Origin: a virus
Lineage: Duplodnaviria > Caudoviricetes
Direction: 5' to 3' (one strand)
Virus record (IMG/VR): IMGVR_UViG_3300048848_000255
Span: 1 to 40,659 of that record
DNA: 40,659 nucleotides
Part shown: in pieces, positions 1-7,772 of the stretch
Position numbering within the stretch: position 1 is the first letter of the stretch
Layout: each line of letters starts with the position of its first letter
Notes under the pieces: model-generated
The model's input: only the letters and a program-made list of their open reading frames with translations
Database searches by the model: none
Told to the model about the DNA's origin: nothing
Made by a program: the position numbers and the translations under genes

Positions 1-1359
1 ATGTCACTGAACAATTTGACCGAGAAGAAGTGTGCAACCGCCAAGGCGGGCACGACCGAGCTGCGCCTGTTCGATGGGGGCGGGCTCTACCTTGCCGTGC
101 GGCCGACCGGCTCCAAGTCCTGGAAGCTGAAATATCGGGTGCAAGGGGTGGAGAAGAAGCTGACCCTCGGCCCCTATCCGCTGATTTCCCTGCGCGATGC
201 CCGCGACGCGCGCGACAAGGCGCGCCTGGAGGTTCTTGCAGGCACCGACCCGTCCGCGATCAAGAAGGCGGCGCGCCGGCGGGTCGAGCTGGGCGAGACC
301 TTCGAGCAGATCGCCCGAAGCTGGCATGCCGGCAAGAAGGCGAAGCTGACCGACCGCTATGCCAAGCATGTGCTGCGCAGGCTGGAGGCGAACGTCTTTC
401 CCCAGCTCGGAGCCAAGGCGATCCGCGACATCACGCCGGCGGATGTGCTGGACTGCACCCGCAAGATCCAGAAGCGCGGCGCTCTCACCATGGCCCAGGA
501 AGTGCGCGGTCATATGTCGGAAGTCTTCGTCTGGGCGATCGCTTCCGATTTGGCGGACACGGACCCTGCGGCGATCATCCGCAAGGCATTGCCTACGGGC
601 AGCGCAGGGCGCCGGCCGGCGCTCCTGAAGATCAAGGACGCGCGCGCGCTGATCGCGGCGATCGATGCGGTGCCTGGAGCGGAAACCGCAACGAAGCTGG
701 CGTCGCGCCTGCTGGCACTCACAGCCGTTCGACCGGGCGTTCTGCGCTTGGCGGAGCGGCACGAGTTCGAGGATCTGGACGGATCGCTGCCTCTTTGGCG
801 CATCCCTGCGTCGAAGATGAAGCTGTCCAAGGAGCGGAAGGGCGACGCGACCTTCGATTTCATCGTGCCGCTGTCCGAACAGGCGGTGGCAACAGTGTGC
901 GCCGCGATGACGGCCAGCAGGCATCCCAGCTTGCTGTTCCCTGGCCCGCGCGCGACCAAGGCGATCAGCGACTCTACGCTGAGCCAGCTGTACCTGGATG
1001 CAGGCTATCGGGATCGGCATGTGCCGCATGGCTGGCGAGCCAGCTTCAGCACGATCATGAACGAACGGGCGGCTCAGGAGGGCCGCGAGGGCGATCGTGC
1101 GATCATCGACCTGATGCTCGCTCACGTGAAGGGCGATGTGGAGGCAGCGTACAATCGCGCCTCGTACATGCCGCGCCGGCGCGCGCTGTCGCAGGCATGG
1201 GCGGATCTGCTGCTGGAAGGCCTGCCCTCGCCCGACACGCTGCTGAAGACTGCGGAGACCGGTCGTGACCGCCCGCCCCTTCGACGCGCAGCCGTTCGGC
1301 CTGATCGCCGCCGGCCTCGCCAAGGCTGCACTCAGCCGCAAGACACGGGCGCGGCTTGA
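1..1359 (+). CDS. int: P4-type tyrosine recombinase/integrase with N-terminal arm-binding domain
   Basis: N-terminal LFDGGGLYLAVRPTGSKSWKLKYR...LTLGPYPLISLRDAR arm-binding signature; catalytic R (VRPG), HxxR (HGWR), H (LAH), Y (AAYNR). The last ~30 codons overlap the next gene. Confidence 0.95.
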   Translation: MSLNNLTEKKCATAKAGTTELRLFDGGGLYLAVRPTGSKSWKLKYRVQGVEKKLTLGPYPLISLRDARDARDKARLEVLAGTDPSAIKKAARRRVELGETFEQIARSWHAGKKAKLTDRYAKHVLRRLEANVFPQLGAKAIRDITPADVLDCTRKIQKRGALTMAQEVRGHMSEVFVWAIASDLADTDPAAIIRKALPTGSAGRRPALLKIKDARALIAAIDAVPGAETATKLASRLLALTAVRPGVLRLAERHEFEDLDGSLPLWRIPASKMKLSKERKGDATFDFIVPLSEQAVATVCAAMTASRHPSLLFPGPRATKAISDSTLSQLYLDAGYRDRHVPHGWRASFSTIMNERAAQEGREGDRAIIDLMLAHVKGDVEAAYNRASYMPRRRALSQAWADLLLEGLPSPDTLLKTAETGRDRPPLRRAAVRPDRRRPRQGCTQPQDTGAA

Positions 1360-2107
1360 GCGCGGCGACAGCCCGCGTACTGGCGAGCGGGTCTGGCGCA
1401 ACAGCTACACGGTTGGCCAGATCGAGGACCGCATCTGGAAGCCTATCAACGGCGGCAAGCTGCGTGCGGGCAAGCGCTGGACCGGCGCGCTGCTGAAGGC
1501 AGCCAAGGCGCTGGAACTGCGCACCAGGGCGGAGCGGCGGGTGAACGAACCCGGCGCCCGCAATGGCGCGCTCGGTGCCGTCGGCCTCGCCGTGTTGGAA
1601 TACCTGTACGACATGGTCGATTATGCGACTGGCCGACTGGATCCGGCAATTCGCACGATTGCCGATGCAATCGGTCATGCCTACTCGGCCGTGCACGATG
1701 CGCTTGTGCGCCTGCGCCATCACGGCTTTCTCACCTGGGCACGTCGATCCAAGCCGATCGAGAACCCGGAGCCGGGCGGGCAGCAGGTGGAGCAGGTCAG
1801 CAACGCCTACGGCTTGCTCGTCCCCGCCGGCATGAAGGCATGGCTCGCGCGCCTGATCGGCAATGCGCCAGCTGCAGCGTGCGAAGAAGACCGCGCGCGA
1901 CGCCGCAAGCAGGACCTGCAGCAGATGCTGGCCGGGCTCAGCGCCAGCGACTATCAGAACCAGCCCTTCAACGACGGCGCCCTGTTCGGCCCCACCCTCA
2001 AGAGCATCGCCGCCGCTATCGATGCCCGCGAAGCAACTAGGGCGAATCCTCCGGGGCCGATGAAACCGGGGGATCATTCTGATCCTGAGAAGGAATGGGA
2101 GCGCTAG
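1265..2107 (+). CDS. Putative replication initiator (winged-HTH, plasmid RepA-like)
   Basis: GTG start with GGAGA RBS at 1254-1258; wHTH-like segment GRLDPAIRTIADAIGHAYSAVHDALVRLRHHGFLTW followed by QVSNAY; no P2 gpA-type gene elsewhere in the window. Confidence 0.65.
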   Translation: MTARPFDAQPFGLIAAGLAKAALSRKTRARLERGDSPRTGERVWRNSYTVGQIEDRIWKPINGGKLRAGKRWTGALLKAAKALELRTRAERRVNEPGARNGALGAVGLAVLEYLYDMVDYATGRLDPAIRTIADAIGHAYSAVHDALVRLRHHGFLTWARRSKPIENPEPGGQQVEQVSNAYGLLVPAGMKAWLARLIGNAPAAACEEDRARRRKQDLQQMLAGLSASDYQNQPFNDGALFGPTLKSIAAAIDAREATRANPPGPMKPGDHSDPEKEWER

Positions 2108-2118
2108 GGCGCTCCCAT
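2095..2118. repeat. Perfect 10-bp inverted repeat (ATGGGAGCGC-TAGG-GCGCTCCCAT) over the rep stop codon
   Basis: Read directly; first of several inverted repeats in the 2045-2270 region (possible terminator or origin element). Confidence 0.6.
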
Positions 2119-2448
2119 GCTCCAGTTTGTCACTCCGCCCGGCTGACAGGACGTTACGAACCTCCACCGAACCACCGGGTTGAACCGGAGGACGAGGCGG
2201 CTTGCGCCGCCTCATGGCTCGGCAGGGGGCGGAGGAGCAAAGGGCGTGCCAACCTTCCGCCGAAGCACTGGCCGTGAGGTAGTGCGCCCAGGCCATCCAG
2301 CTCGTTATACTTGGACGACAGCTTCCGCCCTCCACTACGGTCGCGTCGGGCGGGAGCAGGCATGGTGCCGCGCGCCGCGAGACGATCGGCAGCGTACAGA
2401 ACCAAACCCTGTCATTTACACGTTCGGCATCGCAGGTATGCGCGCCGA

Positions 2449-3252
2449 ATGAAGCATCTATTCCTCGCCGCCGCGGCACTCACCAGCATCCTCCCCTCGG
2501 CCGCCAGTGCCTGGGGCCAGCTCGGTCACCGGATTGTTGGCCAGCTGGCAGAGGAGCGGATCAGCGGCAGGACACGCGCCGAGATCGCGCAGATCCTCGA
2601 AGCAGAAGATCTGGCCGAGATCTCGACGTGGCCCGATGATGAAAAATCCAATCCCGATCCGTTCTGGCAGAACGAGGCCAGCCCCTGGCACTACGTCACC
2701 GTGCCGCAGGGGCAGACCTATCCCCAGGTTGGAGCGCCTCCGGAGGGCGACGGCATTGAAGCCCTCGCCCGGTACGCCGCAGTTCTGCGGAACGACGGGG
2801 CAACCCGGGAGGAGAAGGAACTCGCGCTAGCCTTCGTCATCCACATCGTGGGCGACCTCCACCAGCCTCTGCATGTCGGCAATGCCACCGATCGGGGCGG
2901 TAACGAAGTCAGCGTGACCTGGTTCGGCCGCGCGACCAATCTGCACAGCGTCTGGGACAGCGCGATGATCGAGGGACGTTCGCTTGGCTATACCGAGTAT
3001 GCCGTTCGGCTCGGGCGGGCCATCAAGCCGGCAGAGACGATCGCCTGGTGGGCGCCCGATCCGCAGGTCTGGCTTGTGGAGAGCGCCGCCATCCGCGACA
3101 CGATCTATCCGGCACCCGCGGCCGAAGGTGAGACGCCGCGGTTAAGCTACGACTATTCGTATCAGCACTTGGGCACCGCCGAGCAGCGGCTGAAGCAGGG
3201 CGGCGTTCGCCTCGCCGCCTATCTCGACTGGATTTTCGCTGATCCGCGCTGA
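2449..3252 (+). CDS. Secreted S1/P1 nuclease
   Basis: Signal peptide MKHLFLAAAALTSILPSAASA then mature N-terminus WGQLGH; motifs WPDD, WHY, HIVGDLHQPLH, DRGGN, NLHSVWDS, GGVRLA. Start moved from 2311 to the ATG at 2449. Confidence 0.93.
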   Translation: MKHLFLAAAALTSILPSAASAWGQLGHRIVGQLAEERISGRTRAEIAQILEAEDLAEISTWPDDEKSNPDPFWQNEASPWHYVTVPQGQTYPQVGAPPEGDGIEALARYAAVLRNDGATREEKELALAFVIHIVGDLHQPLHVGNATDRGGNEVSVTWFGRATNLHSVWDSAMIEGRSLGYTEYAVRLGRAIKPAETIAWWAPDPQVWLVESAAIRDTIYPAPAAEGETPRLSYDYSYQHLGTAEQRLKQGGVRLAAYLDWIFADPR

Positions 3253-3261
3253 GGCACTCGC

Positions 3262-3289
3262 TTGCGCATGGGCCGCACCGGCGTACGCT
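3262..3289 (+). promoter_or_regulatory. Candidate sigma70 promoter (TTGCGC-N16-TACGCT) giving a leaderless SRAP mRNA
   Basis: The -10 hexamer ends 6 nt before ATG 3296 and there is no Shine-Dalgarno. Confidence 0.4.
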
Positions 3290-3295
3290 GAACCC

Positions 3296-3898
3296 ATGTG
3301 CAACCTCTACCGCATGGACACGCCTCACGCCGAAGCCGCCCGCCTATTCGGCGCTGGCAGTGCGCAGATCGGCAACGCCGCCGCCGAGATCTACCCGGGC
3401 TATCCCGGCCTGGTCGTCGCCGGTGGCGAGCTGCGCAGCATGGCCTGGGGCTTCCCCCTCGCGCAAACGAGCAAGAAGTCTGGCCAGCCGCTGAAGCCGC
3501 GACCGGTGAACAATGCCCGGGCGGATAAGCTCGACAGCTTCATGTGGCGGTACAGCTTCCAGGAGCGGCGCTGCCTGATCCCGGTGACCGAGTTCGCGGA
3601 GGCCGAGGGTGAAAAGGGGGCCATGACCCGCACCTGGTTCGCGCTGGCGGATCAGCCGACCTTCGCTGTTGCCGGCATCTGGCGCGACACGGACGAATGG
3701 GGCCCCGCCTACAGCATGGTGATGACGGAGGCCTGCATCCACGTCGCCGATGTGCACGATCGCATGCCAGTCATCCTGGCACCGGCAGACTGGCAGCGCT
3801 GGACCGACGGCGCGGTAGACGAGGCGCTGCAGCTGTGCCGACCCTATGCGGGCGAGATGACGATCAGGCGGACCGGCGATCGGTGGTCCGGGCGCTGA
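3296..3898 (+). CDS. SOS response-associated peptidase (SRAP/HMCES/YedK family; abasic-site protection)
   Basis: Catalytic Cys2 (MCNLY), WG, NARAD, RRCLIPVTEFAE, FAVAGIW, HDRMPVIL. Confidence 0.93.
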   Translation: MCNLYRMDTPHAEAARLFGAGSAQIGNAAAEIYPGYPGLVVAGGELRSMAWGFPLAQTSKKSGQPLKPRPVNNARADKLDSFMWRYSFQERRCLIPVTEFAEAEGEKGAMTRTWFALADQPTFAVAGIWRDTDEWGPAYSMVMTEACIHVADVHDRMPVILAPADWQRWTDGAVDEALQLCRPYAGEMTIRRTGDRWSGR

Positions 3899-3977
3899 AG
3901 GTCAGCCAGGGTTACGCTTCGTTAAAGCATCGCGCCTATGGTTAGTTCGTCCAAGATCGTCCGTTAGACGACCTGGT

Positions 3978-4016
3978 GAGGGCCGCGCATCACTCATCCT
4001 GGGGCGGCCCTCTTTT
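3978..4016 (+). terminator. Intrinsic terminator-like hairpin
   Basis: GAGGGCCGC...GCGGCCCTC followed by TTTT, downstream of SRAP. Confidence 0.55.
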
Positions 4017-4172
4017 CCTCTCACCTCATCGCCGGCCAATGTGAACGCGAACCGTCGCCTATCTTAAGGTTTCGGCAGCTTCTTCGGTCCTAAGCGATCC
4101 CCTGCTCAGGCGGCTGAGCGTTGCGCGGTGCAACAGCGCTGGCCGTCCTCCAACCCAGGTAGGCGTGAACAG

Positions 4173-4358
4173 ATGGCGGACGGCATTCTCAATCTCGGCG
4201 GCGCTCTGGTACTTGTTGGATCGATGTTGGCCGCAGCTTTGCTCATCTTGTGGATTTCGATCCGACCCCTTCCGCCAAGCGCCAGGGCTGATTGGCAGCA
4301 ATCACTTCGTGACGAGGAAGAAGCGCTCGACCTGCAAAGCAGCAAGATCGTTCCGTAG
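4173..4358 (+). CDS. Small single-TM membrane protein
   Basis: MADGILNLGGALVLVGSMLAAALLILWISIRP hydrophobic stretch followed by an acidic tail. Confidence 0.45.
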   Translation: MADGILNLGGALVLVGSMLAAALLILWISIRPLPPSARADWQQSLRDEEEALDLQSSKIVP

Positions 4359-4365
4359 GCAGTGC

Positions 4366-4596
4366 TCACCGCCCGGGCGCCCCGATGCGTTCCGGGCGGC
4401 CGCCGCAGTTCGAGCACTTCATGCGGTTCGCCAGCGGCGCGAAACTGACGATGCCAATGCCGCGCCTCCGGCACTCCTCCAGCAGCCATCGAGGGTCCAG
4501 CATTGCCCGGTGCCCGCAGCGGCAGGCAATCCGGGCCATGTAACCGCGGGCGATTAGGGCTGAGAGGGTGTCGAGGCGATCGTTATGGCCCATCAA
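4366..4596 (-). CDS. Small zinc-ribbon protein
   Basis: CRCGH...CSNCG cysteine pairs; 4-nt overlap with the upstream minus-strand gene. Confidence 0.6.
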   Translation of the reverse strand: MMGHNDRLDTLSALIARGYMARIACRCGHRAMLDPRWLLEECRRRGIGIVSFAPLANRMKCSNCGGRPERIGAPGR

Positions 4597-4865
4597 ACCG
4601 GGGCATCCCAGCCGTCATCCCGGCAGGCCTTGGCGATGTGGTAGTACGGCTCGCGGCAGGTTTCCCACGGCTGCGGCGCGCGTTCACGCTGGGCGCGCTC
4701 CAGGTAGAACTTCAGTCCGTTCCGATCCGATAGCATGCACCACAGGACCGCCAAGGCGAGCCGCACCGGAACCGTGTCGACTCGCTCTGTCCTAGAGCGA
4801 TATGCCGCTTCGTCCAGCACAGCGAGCGCCAGCGTCACTACCCGCTGGCGAGAACCTCGCTTCAT
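4593..4865 (-). CDS. Hypothetical protein
   Basis: Translationally coupled to 4366-4596; divergent from the LexA-boxed gene. Confidence 0.5.
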   Translation of the reverse strand: MKRGSRQRVVTLALAVLDEAAYRSRTERVDTVPVRLALAVLWCMLSDRNGLKFYLERAQRERAPQPWETCREPYYHIAKACRDDGWDAPV

Positions 4866-4923
4866 GGCGCGCCAGCGGGGTCATCTACGTCAGGGGCGTG
4901 TGCCGGCATGCGCTTTCCTTGCA

Positions 4924-4949
4924 GAACAGATGCAGAACATTCTATGTTC
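4924..4949. promoter_or_regulatory. Alphaproteobacterial LexA (SOS) box GAAC-N7-GAAC plus an overlapping GAAC-N7-GTTC
   Basis: GAACAGATGCAGAAC at 4924-4938, then ATTCTATGTTC; lies between divergent small genes. Confidence 0.75.
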
Positions 4950-4983
4950 GCTGCATCGGTGAGTCGGCAAGAGGAAAGCCGTC

Positions 4984-5223
4984 ATGATGGTTGAGGAAGT
5001 AGAGCAGGAGCTGCACCTGCAGGAGCCGTTCGGAGCTTGGTTGCTGTCACAGATCGACCGCGGCGATTGGATCGATGGGCTGGCTGCAGCGGCCCGTGCC
5101 GACCGCGGCTTCCCGAAGCGGGGCGGCGTCGAGCAGGTTCGGGAGCGGATGCGGGCGCAAGGCGCTGATGGCGACGCCTTCGCAGCGCTGGACGATGCCG
5201 AACTGAATTGGCGCAGTTACTGA
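4984..5223 (+). CDS. YozE/SAM-like small protein, probably SOS-regulated
   Basis: FGAWLLSQ..RGDWIDGLA..ARADRGFPK pattern resembles the YozE family; directly downstream of the LexA box. Confidence 0.65.
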   Translation: MMVEEVEQELHLQEPFGAWLLSQIDRGDWIDGLAAAARADRGFPKRGGVEQVRERMRAQGADGDAFAALDDAELNWRSY

Positions 5224-5356
5224 TGACGCTCGGCTCTACATGCATCCCAGAGCCAAACTGTTCATCTTCGATCCGGAGGTGCCACAACGCTTTGGCAAGC
5301 GCTGCTCGACAACGCGACTACGCGTCGCCCGCACGAAATCACTCCCTACCCGCTTC

Positions 5357-5488
5357 TTACTTTTTGCCAACAAGCCCACGATGCCCAGCGCGGCGCAAGA
5401 GCCAGTCGACTGCACCCAAAGCGTATAGAACCGGCATGGTGGCGGCTGCCACGGCCAGAGCGACGTGGCGCCAAATTGCTTCGTTCAC
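5357..5488 (-). CDS. 43-aa hydrophobic peptide (not in the ORF track)
   Basis: GTG start preceded by AGGAG and AAGGA; MNEAIWRHVALAVAAATMPVLYALGAVDWLLRRAGHRGLVGKK. Confidence 0.45.
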   Translation of the reverse strand: MNEAIWRHVALAVAAATMPVLYALGAVDWLLRRAGHRGLVGKK

Positions 5489-5725
5489 GGGTGGTTCCTT
5501 GCTCCTACTGCCTCGACTGGATCGACGTAGGTAGGCTCGCCGATGTGTTCGGATGATTGATGGCGCCTAGAGATTAAGGACTCGCTATTTTCATCGTCAG
5601 AGCATCCTTCCAGGTGCATCAAATCGCATCACGGCAAGAGATTGGCTGATCCGCGTTCGGCCCAGGAAAACCGTGGACCAGAGAAGGCAGCTGCGATGCA
5701 TCAAAACTCACACATAAAGCGCGCG

Positions 5726-5747
5726 GGCGAGGCGGGGGGAAAAGCGC
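5726..5747 (+). other. cos (cohesive-end/packaging) site, P2-type
   Basis: GGCGAGGCGGGGGGAAAAGCGC resembles the P2 cohesive end GGCGAGGCGGGGAAAGCAC, with the same orientation and position beyond the 3' end of the minus-strand portal gene. Confidence 0.8.
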
Positions 5748-6305
5748 GTTGCGAGGGGTAGCGGTCCTGCTCAGCTCCCGCGCAACATTCTTACACGGCC
5801 CCAGCGCCGCGCACAGATCGGTACACAGGCATTCCTGCGTCATCGTTCAATTTTTTGTTCTCGTGCCGCTTGCGATTTGGATCGCTGGACCATCATGAGG
5901 TCCGAAGCCATGCGCCAGGTAAACGAAGACGGGTCGATCCTTGTGCTGGCCTTCACGATGGCAAACACTAGCTTGGCTTTGCTCAAGCAGCTTGGCAACG
6001 GCCGGCAGGCGGTAAAGGACGGCGCTCAGTATGCCGCGGCCAGGATCGTCGCTGGAACGCTGGCGCGATGAGATCCTGTCCAACGCACCGCTGCCTCCGT
6101 CGTTCTGGGATATATCCAGCAGCGTTTCAGGCCTGCCGCAGGTGAACGCCTGATGACCCACCGGCAGAACTAGGCACTGTTTCAAAGCGGGACCACGGCC
6201 CCAGCGAGCCCTGCCGTGGGTTTGCCTAAGTACGTTTAGAGTGCAGGGCGGCTTCTGCCGCTACCTCCATTCGAACCTCCCGCCCCGCTAGGCGGTGGAG
6301 CAAAC

Positions 6306-6694
6306 ATGAACGATCTTCCGAGCTTCTTCGTCGCCCTATCCAATGCTGCCGTTCTGACAGTGGTGTTGGCGCTCTATCGGAACTACGACCCGGACCGTTG
6401 CGTGGACGATAAATCGGACTGCGAACCTGAAATGCGCTGCTTGGTGTGCGAAGATCTGGCCAATTGGTAATGGCATCGCCGGCGAGGCCCGCCTTTGTAG
6501 ACGGCGGCCCCTATGCTGCGCCGGCCAGCCTAGAACAGGAACTGCAGAGCGACGACCTGACGATCGTGCGCGTCCGCAAAAATAGATATGACCGCACATC
6601 GGCGACGATGCTTGCGGGCGGCAAGGGTCTGTCCTGCCGCCAGTTCGGCAAGGGGCACGCGATTCATAAGGCAGATTGGACGACCGCGGCCTGA
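6306..6694 (+). pseudogene. Degraded thermonuclease (SNase-like) gene
   Basis: RBS + ATG at 6306 with a signal-like N-terminus; fragments in different frames (PEM; VDGGPYAA..SLEQ..DLTIVRVRKNRYDRT..LAGGKGLSC..GHAIHKADW) match the DRYGRTLA region of SNases but are broken by stops and frameshifts. Confidence 0.55.
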
Positions 6695-6716
6695 TCGCCG
6701 CAACCTGTCCAGAGCG

Positions 6717-7772
6717 CTAGGCCGCCGCCTTCACCCGCTCCCGGAAGCGCACCACGTCGGCGCCGAGTTGGTCGTTCAGCTCAAGGAACACGGACTGCAG
6801 CGGCTCCAGCTCCAGTTCGAAGAACGCATCGAGCGCCTTGGCTGGGTCGCCAAACCCGCCGGTGTTTGCCGGCACGATGCCGAGGAGCTGCGGCGGCACC
6901 CGGTGCGCGGCCAGGACGTCATCGCGAGTCGCGTTCTTGATGTTCAGGAAGTCGTCCTTCGCGCCTACCTCGGCGATCGGCAGCAGCTTGATCGCGTTCT
7001 CCTTCCCCTGCGGCGCATGCACGAACATGTTGCGGAAGTTGCCCGGCCCCTTCGACCGCTTCAGCGCGTCGCGCATCGCATCGATGTCGCCGTCAGCGAA
7101 GGCGCCGGTGGCGTAGAGGATGTAGCCCGCGTGACTTCCGTTCTCGTAATAGCGCCGGCGGAACAGGGTGGCGTTCTCGTTCAGCAGCGCCGATTGCAGC
7201 GCCGACAGGTACTCCGGCAGGCCGTAGATCTCCTGGTTGATGTCGGGCGCGGACAGCTGGTGGACCGTGCCCGGCTCGAATTCGGCTTCCGGCACATGGC
7301 CGGGCACCCACCACATGCTGCCTGGCGTGACGCCGCGGCGGGTGTATTTAGCGAGGGGGTGATCGATCCGCATTAACCCGCCCAAGCGGTTGCGCACCTC
7401 CTGCGCATAGGCGGTGCCGAACACCAGATAGTCCTGCACCATGGCGGAGAACGTCCGGCGGCTCAGCACCGCGTTCGGCTCCAGGCTGGCGGCCAGCATG
7501 TTGCGCTTCAGGATGATGGCGCTGCTGTGATGCGGTGAGGCGCGGAACGCGCGCGCCAGGCCGGCGAAAGACAGCGGCGGCTCGTACCAGCGGCCGTTGT
7601 GCCAGCACTCCAGCATGTCGAGCATGGTCGCCCGGCTCAGCACCGGCTCCGGATCGCCGAAGGTGAAGGCGTGGATCGGCCCGCCACTGGCATTGTCGTT
7701 GCTGGCCACGATCGCACCCTTCGACGCGTCGGCCGCCTCCCGGCGGTTCATTCGCTGCGCGCGCTTGGTCAT
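6717..7772 (-). CDS. Q: Portal protein (P2 gpQ / PBSX family)
   Basis: FTFGDPEPV, WYEPP, HHSSAI..KRN, QEIYGLPEY, LNENATLFRRRYYENGSHAG, AAHRVPPQLLG. Confidence 0.97.
   Translation of the reverse strand: MTKRAQRMNRREAADASKGAIVASNDNASGGPIHAFTFGDPEPVLSRATMLDMLECWHNGRWYEPPLSFAGLARAFRASPHHSSAIILKRNMLAASLEPNAVLSRRTFSAMVQDYLVFGTAYAQEVRNRLGGLMRIDHPLAKYTRRGVTPGSMWWVPGHVPEAEFEPGTVHQLSAPDINQEIYGLPEYLSALQSALLNENATLFRRRYYENGSHAGYILYATGAFADGDIDAMRDALKRSKGPGNFRNMFVHAPQGKENAIKLLPIAEVGAKDDFLNIKNATRDDVLAAHRVPPQLLGIVPANTGGFGDPAKALDAFFELELEPLQSVFLELNDQLGADVVRFRERVKAAA

Noticed and set aside
2311-2448. Extended N-termini given by the ORF track (also 9693, 14379, 21533, 25945, 27280, 38151, 40258)
   Set aside because: Downstream starts fit the signal peptide, RBS/promoter position or family N-terminus better.
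3908-3926. CtrA box upstream of the possible sRNA
   Set aside because: TTAC-N6-TTAA does not fit TTAA-N7-TTAA.
5847-6185. ORFs 5877-6071 (+) and 5847-6185 (-) as real genes
   Set aside because: No clear RBS or motif; they may be decayed cargo but cannot be supported.
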